Shown: one piece after another, positions 36,804 through 44,847 of the stretch
Position numbering within the stretch: the first letter of the stretch is position 1
How the letters are laid out: each line of letters starts with the position of its first letter
Virus record (IMG/VR): IMGVR_UViG_3300037467_000647
Coordinates: 1 to 47,108 of that record
DNA: 47,108 bases
From: a virus
Taxonomy: Duplodnaviria > Caudoviricetes
Direction: 5' to 3' (one strand)
Notes under the pieces: generated by a model
What the model was told of the DNA's origin: nothing
Database searches by the model: none
What the model saw: only the letters and a program-made list of their open reading frames with translations
Translations under genes and position numbers: made by a program

Positions 36804-36960
36804 GCCAACACAGAAGCGGGCCGGGCTTGATTCCGACTGCAATCGGCTCAGGTACTGCGCCCTGAGTTTCTCCTTGGCTCGCCGGCTTACATGGCCGGTG
36901 CCTGATTGCTATGCTCTTGCTGCATTGCGCGTCCTTCCACGCCGCCGCTTCTGTGTTAGC
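36804..36960 (-). ncRNA. tRNA-elbow-like structured RNA (putative)
   Basis: Long closing stem with D-arm-like and T-arm-like hairpins at tRNA-like positions; see findings. Confidence 0.5.
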
Positions 36961-37014
36961 TCCGCGTTTCGTGCGGAATACGGCGCAACGGGTGCGCACC
37001 AAGGAGGCTAAAAA

Positions 37015-37458
37015 TCAATTAATAAGCAGCTTCACAACTTCGTCTTTCAGCATTCCCTGCTCGTTGAGCTTCACCACAATTCTGTTTGCGAATGCAGCAT
37101 CAAATCTGGCTTTCAAATCCTTTCCGAAGGCTTCGGCCAAACGCGCAATTTGATCGTGCGGGCTACTCCAGCCCATATTCCGCTCAAAAATGCCGCGAAC
37201 GTGATCAACGATTTTCTTCTCTTGCTTGTCCACCAAAATGACGCCGCTATTCACAAGCTCGGTCAGCTTCTCGTCGATGATTTTTGCGATCTTTTCGTTG
37301 ACCACCGCATTTACCCGAGTCGTTATTGCTGTTTGCACTCGCTGCTCTATGCTTTGGGAAATTTGCGCAACCACGCTCTTTGTGATGTGGTCCTTAAGGG
37401 CCGCGCTTAGCTCTTCTTCATCAAGCCAAAAATCATCGACTTCAATTTTGAAATTCAC
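37015..37458 (-). CDS. Hypothetical helical protein
   Basis: AAGGAG RBS before the GTG at 37458. Confidence 0.7.
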   Translation of the reverse strand: MNFKIEVDDFWLDEEELSAALKDHITKSVVAQISQSIEQRVQTAITTRVNAVVNEKIAKIIDEKLTELVNSGVILVDKQEKKIVDHVRGIFERNMGWSSPHDQIARLAEAFGKDLKARFDAAFANRIVVKLNEQGMLKDEVVKLLIN

Positions 37459-37680
37459 TTTTCTCTCCTTGGTTGAATTAGTGCCGGCCTCCCACCGGCA
37501 TGACCTGTAAAGCGGGTTCGCTCTCAAACATCGGCGACTAACGAAGACGGCACTTAAGCGCTACTATCAGTGCCGCCGACTACTCGCTGATTACGGTTTC
37601 AGCTCCCATCCACTTTCCCCGCGATCTCGACCTCCCTTTTGTTCGCTGCTGGACGAGGGGTGCGGGTGGGTGATGGTCGG

Positions 37681-38040
37681 TTAGGGTGTGGCGCCTGCTT
37701 TGGCGAGGGCGGTGCGTATCGCGCCGATCGATCCCTGTGCGTTGAATTTGTTCTGCTTGGCGGCTTCGCTCTCACCGGCAAACTGGCCTTCGCGCAGCGC
37801 GGTTGAGATGATGCGTTCGGCGTCTGTGAGCGCTTTCACCAGATCGTCGAAATGCGCTCGCGCGTGGAGGATAAAGGCAAGACCCGCTTTCTGTTCGTCG
37901 CCAATTTCGCCCTCGTAATCGACATCGATTTCAAAGAGCGGGACTTGGCTATTGTTGATACGGGCTTGCGTGGTCACTGCAACCTCGCGCATATCCCCGT
38001 CGACTTTTATCCACGGCGTCGCTGTATGTTTCGCTTCCAT
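37681..38040 (-). CDS. First pL gene, hypothetical (KHTATPW module)
   Basis: GGGAG RBS; directly downstream of pL. Confidence 0.7.
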   Translation of the reverse strand: MEAKHTATPWIKVDGDMREVAVTTQARINNSQVPLFEIDVDYEGEIGDEQKAGLAFILHARAHFDDLVKALTDAERIISTALREGQFAGESEAAKQNKFNAQGSIGAIRTALAKAGATP

Positions 38041-38084
38041 CTCTTCTCTCCCGTTGTTGCTGCGATGTGTTGTTCGATGGAAGA

Positions 38085-38136
38085 ATATTAGCCTAAAGCT
38101 AAATTAGATGCAAGTAGAATTTAAGCATAAAGCTAA
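38085..38136 (-). promoter_or_regulatory. pL promoter with OL operators
   Basis: TTGCAT-17-TAATAT on the minus strand; operators TTAGC-CTAAA-GCTAA (38088-38102) and TAAGC-ATAAA-GCTAA (38122-38136). Confidence 0.85.
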
Positions 38137-38176
38137 AATATGCGAAAATATTTCCACCGCCCGATTTCCGGGCAAC

Positions 38177-38199
38177 AAAAAACCGGCGCTGGGCCGGTT
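38177..38199 (-). terminator. Terminator for accessory genes upstream of pL
   Basis: ACCGGC hairpin with an A run on the plus strand. Confidence 0.65.
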
Positions 38200-38232
38200 A
38201 GTGAGGGTAGGGCTATGAAAAAGATTGCAGTG

Positions 38233-38622
38233 CTATCGCTCTTCCGTAAAGGCGAGCAGTTTCTTGAGGGACGCAGCAACAGCGTCGGGATTTCGCGGTG
38301 TTCGCCCTCCGGCCGCATCGGTTATGCAATCAGCGCATTGCTGCTTGTATTCGGCTGCAGCCCGGCGGAAGCGCTCGGCCCGCCACTTGGGGAGCATACG
38401 GAACAATCGATCCTCATCCGCCGCGGGGAGGCCGTGCCCCTTCATGAGCCGCTCTCGAACTCGGTCCATCACCTCAATGCGCTCCCGCCTGCGGTCGCGA
38501 CCAATGGCAAGATGGTTGCTGACAAGGTGGCCGGCCCAGCCGCACACGATGCCGAAAGCGGACATGATGCCGGGATTGTCGACAAAGAGGCGAGAAGTGG
38601 AAGCTATCCAATTTGGTGGCAT
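38233..38622 (-). CDS. Single-TM accessory protein (superinfection-exclusion-like, unproven)
   Basis: Hydrophobic N-terminus then HLAIGRDRRRE; start uncertain. Confidence 0.5.
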   Translation of the reverse strand: MPPNWIASTSRLFVDNPGIMSAFGIVCGWAGHLVSNHLAIGRDRRRERIEVMDRVRERLMKGHGLPAADEDRLFRMLPKWRAERFRRAAAEYKQQCADCITDAAGGRTPRNPDAVAASLKKLLAFTEER

Positions 38623-38778
38623 TTGGCTTGCATCCTTGCTTTTGGTTTGACCTGCGTCTTGGCTGGCTTCTTTTTCTCGTACCCCTATTCCCTCAGAACT
38701 CGGCAAGACTGGACCGAGTTGTGGCGAGACGTGAAGTACTGCATAGGAATCTAGATTATATCCTCGCCGCAACAGACG

Positions 38779-38872
38779 TAAAAAAACCGCCGAAGCGGTT
38801 GGGAGGGGCAGCCTTTTACTAATATTGGTAAAAGGGTGAGGAGGGCGTTAAAAAGCCCGCTCGGGGCGGGCT
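38779..38872 (-). terminator. Two tandem terminators downstream of the IrrE-like gene
   Basis: AAAAAAACCGCCGAAGCGGTT and AAAAAGCCCGCTCGGGGCGGGCT. Confidence 0.7.
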
Positions 38873-39449
38873 ATCTAAGGAGGGAGGCAATAATATCTGT
38901 GTAGTTCGGCCTAAATAGTTGCCGAACATGCTGCTCAGGAATTTTTAACTTCAACGCAATCCCGTAGTGGTCAATATGGCCCTTATTAAACTGCTCAATA
39001 AATTCTAGGCGATACTTTTCAGGGCAAAGACAGGCCAGCGCCATCCAGAACCCGTTTAGCTCTGAAACGAATTGCGCGGTCCTTTCTTTACTTGGATCAA
39101 GGGCCTCGAACTCGCCCAATAGTACCCTGAACTGCTCCGGGTCTCTGGTCGCCACGTCGGGCGCGTCAAAAAGATGCATCAATTCTTTGGCGAGAATGAA
39201 TCTGTCCCAGCAGTCGTTCATGCCGCGAGCAAGCACAACAACGTTGCAATCGTACTTTTGGACAATCCACGAATCAGTGTTACTTGCGGATATAAAATAC
39301 CCTCGCAACGTTTCCGTATCGAGGGCATCCTTTACTTCTCTGACATTCTTAGAGCCGGTTATTTCTACTGCTTTCCGCTTTATCTCTTTTGTGCTTACTT
39401 TGGGTTGAAGTGTTTGGCAGTGCTGGTATAGCTCTTTGAATGCTGTCAT
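38871..39449 (-). CDS. ImmA/IrrE-fold protein with degenerate Zn motif (KELMH)
   Basis: RFILAKELMHLF, E.....A..CLCP, C-terminal HTH-like YGIALKLKIP. Confidence 0.75.
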   Translation of the reverse strand: MTAFKELYQHCQTLQPKVSTKEIKRKAVEITGSKNVREVKDALDTETLRGYFISASNTDSWIVQKYDCNVVVLARGMNDCWDRFILAKELMHLFDAPDVATRDPEQFRVLLGEFEALDPSKERTAQFVSELNGFWMALACLCPEKYRLEFIEQFNKGHIDHYGIALKLKIPEQHVRQLFRPNYTDIIASLLR

Positions 39450-39472
39450 AAAAAATTACGACCAGGGGCCGT

Positions 39473-39655
39473 CTAGTCAATCTCCACAAGTTCAGCATTC
39501 CCAGCCTCAAGCTGGGAAAGTGATTTATTGAGTTGCTCCGCGAAATCCTCTGCGCTCAGGTCGCGCTTGGTGCCTGGATAAAACTTGATATTTACCACAC
39601 CTAGAGCGTCTTTGTCGAACAGCCTTTTTGCTGCTAATTCAACTTGCGTGCCCAT
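39473..39655 (-). CDS. 60-aa hypothetical protein, partner of the IrrE-like gene
   Basis: AGGAG RBS; 23 nt upstream of the IrrE-like gene. Confidence 0.7.
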   Translation of the reverse strand: MGTQVELAAKRLFDKDALGVVNIKFYPGTKRDLSAEDFAEQLNKSLSQLEAGNAELVEID

Positions 39656-40050
39656 TTCTTTCTCCTAATATCCAATGTGGATGAGTTAATGCAAAAACTG
39701 GAAAACCTGCAATTTTAGCGCACTTGCTTGCAAGATGCAAAAAAACAGAGGAACTTCTTGTTAGTAGATGTGGTGAGCATATAGTTTCCTTGGTCGGTAA
39801 AGAACTGCTCTAGAAGCACAATATATCACATGAGTGATTAAGATATTGCGTAACGCGCAAATGTGTGCTTTGTGTTGTTTTTGATCAGATTGCAACTTAC
39901 CTCCCGCACTCCCTCCGCTCCAGCCGATCCCTAAAGCCTCACACTCGCCGGCCACCACTCATAGACATCTAATGCCAGCACGTAGCCAGCGCCTTTGCCG
40001 GCTTCCGCTCTCTCGGTGTGACCTAGAGTTGGTTCCTACGACAATGGGCG

Positions 40051-40179
40051 CTACGGCTTGACTACACTCACTGGCGCCGCCGTATGAAAGGATTGGTCGC
40101 CGCCATCGTCAGCGCCACCGCCACCGCAGCCGATCAATGCCAATAAGACCACCCCAATCAAGATCGATGTTCGCATCAT
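40051..40179 (-). CDS. 42-aa lipoprotein
   Basis: LIGC lipobox; GGGAGG RBS. Confidence 0.6.
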   Translation of the reverse strand: MMRTSILIGVVLLALIGCGGGGADDGGDQSFHTAAPVSVVKP

Positions 40180-40317
40180 GCCCTCCCAGGCTGTTGTTAT
40201 ATATGAATTCTGGAGGGCAATTTTACGCCGAGCGAGCGCCCGGTGTATCCCATGTCTATGGGGGCTAGCAAGAACTCGATCCGTCAACGGCATTCCGCAG
40301 TATGGTCGGTCGCCACC

Positions 40318-40938
40318 TTACAATTTGGACGCGGCGCTCTTTTGATCCGCTTCTTTTGTCGCCGAGGCTCTGGCAGTCGCAGCGTTGTCGCTAAAGATAA
40401 CCGCCGACTGGTCGATGCTCTCAAACCGCTCCGAGGCCACTATCGTGATCTTTTTGCCGCTCCAAACATATGACTGGTTCGGATAGGTCGGGCCGCCCCG
40501 GCTCTGCGCCTCGCTCATTACTTGCGACGTTGGCTGCCCGTATCGCTCCTTCAACACGTTGCAAAATTCGGCAAAGCGATCATGGTTCATTCGTGCGGTT
40601 ATCTTCGACAAAACACCTGAATCGTCCACGCTTACGGAGAAGGCGGCGTATGTGAAGGGGTGTCCCTCAATTGTAAGGAGCGGCTTGTACCCGGGCAGTG
40701 GATTGGCGACGGTAGAAAGACATGGCGAGGCCGGATGGGACACGCCTTCTTGGCACGATGGAAGGCCGCCATCTTCAGGTGGAACGCCAAGCCGCAGGCC
40801 AAGAACGGTGCTCGGTTCTTTTGTCCATGCCTGCGCTTGATCTCGCGAAGGCGCGGATTGACTCTTCGGCTGCGCAAAGGTGAATGCTGGAACAGCGAGA
40901 CAAACTGCCAACCAGACTGCGAATCGCATTACCCTCAT
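40318..40938 (-). CDS. Secreted/periplasmic protein downstream of cI
   Basis: Signal peptide ending AFTFA; LKERYGQP motif; GGAG RBS. Confidence 0.75.
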   Translation of the reverse strand: MRVMRFAVWLAVCLAVPAFTFAQPKSQSAPSRDQAQAWTKEPSTVLGLRLGVPPEDGGLPSCQEGVSHPASPCLSTVANPLPGYKPLLTIEGHPFTYAAFSVSVDDSGVLSKITARMNHDRFAEFCNVLKERYGQPTSQVMSEAQSRGGPTYPNQSYVWSGKKITIVASERFESIDQSAVIFSDNAATARASATKEADQKSAASKL

Positions 40939-40992
40939 TTGGCTCCCCTATCAGCCCAGGCACCCACACGCGCATTCCCATAATCATGGGAG

Positions 40993-41035
40993 ATGCAAAA
41001 CTTGCCGCTTCGACTTATACTGTATGAACATACAG
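40993..41035 (+). promoter_or_regulatory. SOS promoter with LexA box CTGTATGAACATACAG (41020-41035) overlapping the -10
   Basis: ATGCAA-17-TATACT; exact CTGT-N8-ACAG. Confidence 0.85.
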
Positions 41036-41118
41036 TGCTTTCTGTTCCCCGCAGACCAGGCAAGGCCAGAACCACATGAGGCACCTGTTTTTCTTACCTT
41101 AGGTTAGCGGAGGAGAGC

Positions 41119-41256
41119 ATGTCAAAACAGGAGGAGGCAGCATTGTTGGCGGCATTCAAACAATTGAGAAAGCCGGATCGAATTTTTGTGCTATCCGTCA
41201 CTGAAGCGCTTAAAAGGCCGACACCGAGTACGCCACCGGACACAAAAAAACTATAA
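41119..41256 (+). CDS. 45-aa SOS-controlled protein, putative antirepressor (MSKQEEAALLAAFKQLRKPDRIFVLSVTEALKR...)
   Basis: Read by hand; GGAGGAG RBS; downstream of the LexA box; converges on cI. Confidence 0.7.
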   Translation: MSKQEEAALLAAFKQLRKPDRIFVLSVTEALKRPTPSTPPDTKKL

Positions 41257-41601
41257 TTTTGGTAATTTTTCAGCCATCTCGGCCAGCTTCAGGATTTGAT
41301 TTTGACCGTTTTCGGTTGAGCGTAAGTAAAGTCCAATTAACTGCACTATCTCCGCAGCATCGACCCTGTCTGGATCGGAATCCATCCAACCGCGCGGCTT
41401 ATCGAATTTTTCCTCTATCTTGCGGCATTCGTCGCTCGAAATCCCTCTGGCCTTACCAGTGCCTGAATTGGTAGACGCATTCAGCCACTGACTTACTTGC
41501 GGGCCAGACTTGTCTAGACGCTCCGCGAGTGCGCCCAGCGTGCCGCACTCTGCGCGCAACATCGCCAACCTTTCCCTGCGAATCTCTTCCACGGTTTTCA
41601 T
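41251..41601 (-). CDS. cI: CI-like repressor (116 aa, HTH, no S24 peptidase domain)
   Basis: LGALAERLDKSGPQVSQWL HTH, CRKIEEKFDKPRGWMD; divergent from cro. Confidence 0.85.
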   Translation of the reverse strand: MKTVEEIRRERLAMLRAECGTLGALAERLDKSGPQVSQWLNASTNSGTGKARGISSDECRKIEEKFDKPRGWMDSDPDRVDAAEIVQLIGLYLRSTENGQNQILKLAEMAEKLPKL

Positions 41602-41612
41602 GCGCGTATTAG

Positions 41613-41698
41613 ATAGCCAACCGCTAAAAAGCGGAATTCGCATAAGGCTAATATTTTTCACGAGTAACCTTGTATAGTGTTTAGCTTTAGGCTAATAT
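41613..41698. promoter_or_regulatory. OR operators and pR promoter
   Basis: Three TTAGC-N5-GCTAA-like sites near 41613, 41637 and 41681; TTGTAT-17-TAATAT; 41680-41698 is the exact reverse complement of 38085-38103. Confidence 0.85.
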
Positions 41699-41703
41699 AA
41701 GGC

Positions 41704-41964
41704 ATGCGCTTACGAGAATACCTATCCCAAGAACGAGGACGGCAAGCCGCCTTAGCCAAGGCCATTAATGCCCACGCCCCTGATTTGAGCAGGTGGGCGG
41801 ACGGCTCTCGCCCAATCCCAATCCAATACGGCCCTGTCATTGAGCGAGAGACAGGAGGCGCCGTAACTAGGAAGGAGATGTTCCCCGACGATTGGGAGCG
41901 CATCTGGCCCGAACTCGCCGAGCCAAAGGAAAACCGCCGCTCCACCGACAAGAAATCTCCCTGA
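41704..41964 (+). CDS. cro: Cro-like repressor (YdaS family)
   Basis: QAALAKAI....DLSRW, IERETGGAVTRKEMFPDDW. Confidence 0.9.
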   Translation: MRLREYLSQERGRQAALAKAINAHAPDLSRWADGSRPIPIQYGPVIERETGGAVTRKEMFPDDWERIWPELAEPKENRRSTDKKSP

Positions 41965-41973
41965 AGCACTTAA

Positions 41974-42006
41974 GCCGTCGCCTGTAACGGGTGACGGCAT
42001 TTTTTT
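41974..42006 (+). terminator. tR1-like terminator
   Basis: GCCGTCGCC...GGTGACGGC followed by a T run. Confidence 0.75.
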
Positions 42007-42101
42007 GCCCGGATTGAAGTTGACGTTTGGCATCTGTTTTCTAGTTGGAATTTTTACCGTATCACTTTTTAAATCCTGAAACCTTTTTACGAGGATGAAT
42101 C

Positions 42102-42356
42102 ATGAAAGCAACACGCAACATCGTTATCAAGACCCTGTTCAACGCTGACGAATATTCCGCTTTCCGAGATGCCTGCAACGACGCGGACATCACGCAAAGC
42201 AAGCAGCTCCGGGACATGGCTAACGGATGGGTGGCGCAACGAAATGATAGACGCAGGGCGGTGCGCGGGGAATGTCCCGGCGCTGTCCAGAAGCAGGCCA
42301 TGTTCTTGCCCGGCCGCGTTCGTTTCTCGGGTCGCACGATGAGCATGCGCATGTGA
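42102..42356 (+). CDS. Small DNA-binding protein at the cII position (RHH-like)
   Basis: GAGGA RBS; beta-alpha-alpha pattern. Confidence 0.5.
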   Translation: MKATRNIVIKTLFNADEYSAFRDACNDADITQSKQLRDMANGWVAQRNDRRRAVRGECPGAVQKQAMFLPGRVRFSGRTMSMRM

Positions 42357-42405
42357 GCTACCCGGCAGTACCAAGCGCAGATAACGACAAATACACGAGG
42401 CATGA

Positions 42406-42618
42406 ATGAGCAAACCAACACCGAATGATTACATCGTCTACCACGCCCACCAGTGGCGCAAATCCGATCAGTCAGTGATTGGAGCGGACGAAGGCGGGAA
42501 GACCGTGGCGAAGCAGGCGCACCGTCAAGACATCCGGAATTTGCGCAACGCTGTCGATATGGCGATTCGCAATGGTGCGCCCGTTATGCAACCGGAATCG
42601 GGGAAGGGTGAGCCATGA
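42406..42618 (+). CDS. Hypothetical protein
   Basis: GAGG RBS. Confidence 0.6.
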   Translation: MSKPTPNDYIVYHAHQWRKSDQSVIGADEGGKTVAKQAHRQDIRNLRNAVDMAIRNGAPVMQPESGKGEP

Positions 42619-42785
42619 GCGAACTCCGCAAACTCAACGACCTGAAGGCCGATGCCCACCGCTGCGCCGACAAAGGTCTTGATCCGCACATCGAGCAAAT
42701 GAAATACGAGCCGATGCATCGCGTTATCTGGATGACGCATTACGCGTATCGGATGGAAGAGAACGAGAGGAGGGTAGCGGCGTGA
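42615..42785 (+). CDS. Hypothetical 56-aa protein
   Basis: Read by hand; coupled overlaps. Confidence 0.55.
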   Translation: MSELRKLNDLKADAHRCADKGLDPHIEQMKYEPMHRVIWMTHYAYRMEENERRVAA

Positions 42786-43054
42786 ACGTTAAAGCTGGCG
42801 ATCTGGCGATATTGATTAAATCTGCCGCCAATAACGAGGGAAAGGTTTGCAAAGTCATTCGCTTTGTTGGCAACTACATTTTCAAAGAGGGTGATTCGTG
42901 CAATGACACTTGGATTGTTGAATTTCCAAGGCCGGTTGCTGCCATGGATGGGTCTGTTTATCTAGATGGCTACATCAGCGATGCATGGCTTCGTCCCATA
43001 TCTGGCCTTCCAATCGAAGAAGACACCAACATCGAAGATCGGGTGCCAGCATGA
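42782..43054 (+). CDS. Hypothetical protein (KAGDLA...DAWLRPI family)
   Basis: Recurrent phage motif. Confidence 0.7.
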   Translation: MNVKAGDLAILIKSAANNEGKVCKVIRFVGNYIFKEGDSCNDTWIVEFPRPVAAMDGSVYLDGYISDAWLRPISGLPIEEDTNIEDRVPA

Positions 43055-43166
43055 CAGTCGCTCTGCACATCCTGCATATCGTTGATGACTACGGCAATCA
43101 GATCGCGCCATGCGATCTGCCACATGAAGTGTTCCTGCGCCGCTGCGCATTCTTCGGGGATCAATC

Positions 43167-43445
43167 ATGACAGTCGCATCCACCAGCCTAGCCGCCTACG
43201 ACGAACTCCGCTCAACCGGAAAGCTCAACGCACGCCAACGGCAAGTCATGGCCGTGATCCAGCCGGGGCGCGATTACTCGCTGCAAGAGCTGGTGATGCT
43301 GTGCGGGTTGCCGATCAACTGTGTGAGTGGCCGCGTGAAGGAACTCAAGGATTCGGGCCAGTTGGAGCACGGGCCGACTCGCGCTTGCTCGCTGACGCAC
43401 AAGACCATTCATCCAGTGCGGCTGCCGGCGAAGCAGGAGGATTGA
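43167..43445 (+). CDS. Winged-HTH protein
   Basis: TSLAAY...LPINCVSGRVKEL. Confidence 0.75.
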   Translation: MTVASTSLAAYDELRSTGKLNARQRQVMAVIQPGRDYSLQELVMLCGLPINCVSGRVKELKDSGQLEHGPTRACSLTHKTIHPVRLPAKQED

Positions 43446-43450
43446 AACTG

Positions 43451-44074
43451 ATGGCTACCTGGACCTCGGCTCATATTTCCACGCTTGCCGCTCGCTATGC
43501 AAACGAGCCTACCGCAAGCATTGCCGCTGCCATCGGACACAGCGCAAGCGCGACATATCAGCGCGCCCGATCAATGGGTCTGCGCAAGTCCGCTGAATAC
43601 CTCGCCGGCCCGGAATCTGGCCGCAGCAATCTTGACCTCGGCGCGGCATGCCGGTTTCGCAAGGGGCATGCGACATGGAACAAAGGCATTCGCTTTGCCT
43701 CTGGCGGCCGATCATCTGAAACGCAATTCAAGCCAGGAAGCAAGCCGCAGACATGGAAGCCGATCGGCAGCGAACGAACTGATAAGGATGGCTTAAAAGT
43801 TCGGAAGGTCAGCGACACCGGCAACCGCCGCAAAGATTGGGTTGGCGTGCATGTGCTGGCTTGGGTTGAGAACTTCGGGCCGGTGCCCGATGGTCATGTC
43901 GTCACATTCAAGGATGGCAACAGTGAGAACGTCGCACCGAACAACCTTGAATGCGTAACACGCGCCGAACTCATGCGCCGCAATTCAGTTCACCGCCTGC
44001 CAAAAGAACTGGCTGAACTTTGCCAGTTGCGCGGCGCCTTGAATCGTCAGATCAGCAAAAGGACATCGAAATGA
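43451..44074 (+). CDS. HNH endonuclease (HNH_3 type) with N-terminal HTH
   Basis: FRKGHATWNKG, HVLAW...GPVPDGHVVTFKDGN..N...NLECV. Confidence 0.85.
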   Translation: MATWTSAHISTLAARYANEPTASIAAAIGHSASATYQRARSMGLRKSAEYLAGPESGRSNLDLGAACRFRKGHATWNKGIRFASGGRSSETQFKPGSKPQTWKPIGSERTDKDGLKVRKVSDTGNRRKDWVGVHVLAWVENFGPVPDGHVVTFKDGNSENVAPNNLECVTRAELMRRNSVHRLPKELAELCQLRGALNRQISKRTSK

Positions 44075-44313
44075 GCAATGACGTTGACACGCTGCGTGGA
44101 CATCTGTTCGATGCAATGAAGGAACTGAAGGCCGGGACGCTAAGCATCGAGAAGGCGAAAGCGATGTCCGAAATCGCGCAGACGATCATCAACAGCGCAA
44201 AGGTCGAGGTTGAGTACGCCAAAGCCACGGGGAAAAGCGGCAGCAAGTTCCTGGAAAAACAAGCCGAGCTTCCAGCTGGGATAACTGGCACCACAGTCCA
44301 CAAGATCAGGTGA
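44071..44313 (+). CDS. Conserved partner of the HNH gene
   Basis: LRGHLF...AKAMSEIAQTIINSAKVE. Confidence 0.75.
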   Translation: MSNDVDTLRGHLFDAMKELKAGTLSIEKAKAMSEIAQTIINSAKVEVEYAKATGKSGSKFLEKQAELPAGITGTTVHKIR

Positions 44314-44400
44314 TTTTATGACTCGCCACCCATCAGCCCACCTCCCACCGAATCCCATGATGCCCGCAGTCGGATCAAGCGTTTTGCGGTCGGTCAAATC

Positions 44401-44847
44401 ATGAGCGCCATCATGGGAACGTTCGTCAAGATCGGCACGATGGCTGACGGTACGCCGCGAATTGTGCTTGACCTGCAATGCGGACTTGCTGACGTTGCCG
44501 CAATGGGCCTGATCCCCGGCGTTCCGTTTGCGATTGCGCGCCTGACCAAAGAAGCCGCAGGCAAGCCTGTTACCGAGCCAGAGGCGCCGAAAGAGAAGCC
44601 CGGCCAACTGTGCGTGATGGCCTGCACCTTCTGCGCTGATCCGATGTTTCGCAAATGGATCAGTGAAACCTACAAATACGAGTGTCAGGACGAAGGCGCG
44701 GCAAAAGAATTTGTTCTGGAAATCTGCGGCATCGAATCTCGCAAGGAATTGGATACCGATTCGCGCGCTGCGTTCGTATTTCACGAGCGGGTCAGAAAGC
44801 CGTTCGTCGCATGGAAGGCGGATCAGGATGCGCGGAGGGCGGCATGA
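44401..44847 (+). CDS. Hypothetical protein
   Basis: C.DPMFRKW...CGIESRKELD motif. Confidence 0.7.
   Translation: MSAIMGTFVKIGTMADGTPRIVLDLQCGLADVAAMGLIPGVPFAIARLTKEAAGKPVTEPEAPKEKPGQLCVMACTFCADPMFRKWISETYKYECQDEGAAKEFVLEICGIESRKELDTDSRAAFVFHERVRKPFVAWKADQDARRAA

Noticed and set aside
36804-36960. Canonical tRNA or tmRNA gene
   Set aside because: No 7-nt anticodon loop, no TTCRA T-loop, no CCA end, no tag ORF; kept only as a tRNA-like structure
38140-38754. 204-aa plus-strand ORF
   Set aside because: Antisense to a more protein-like minus ORF; local terminators are oriented for minus-strand transcription
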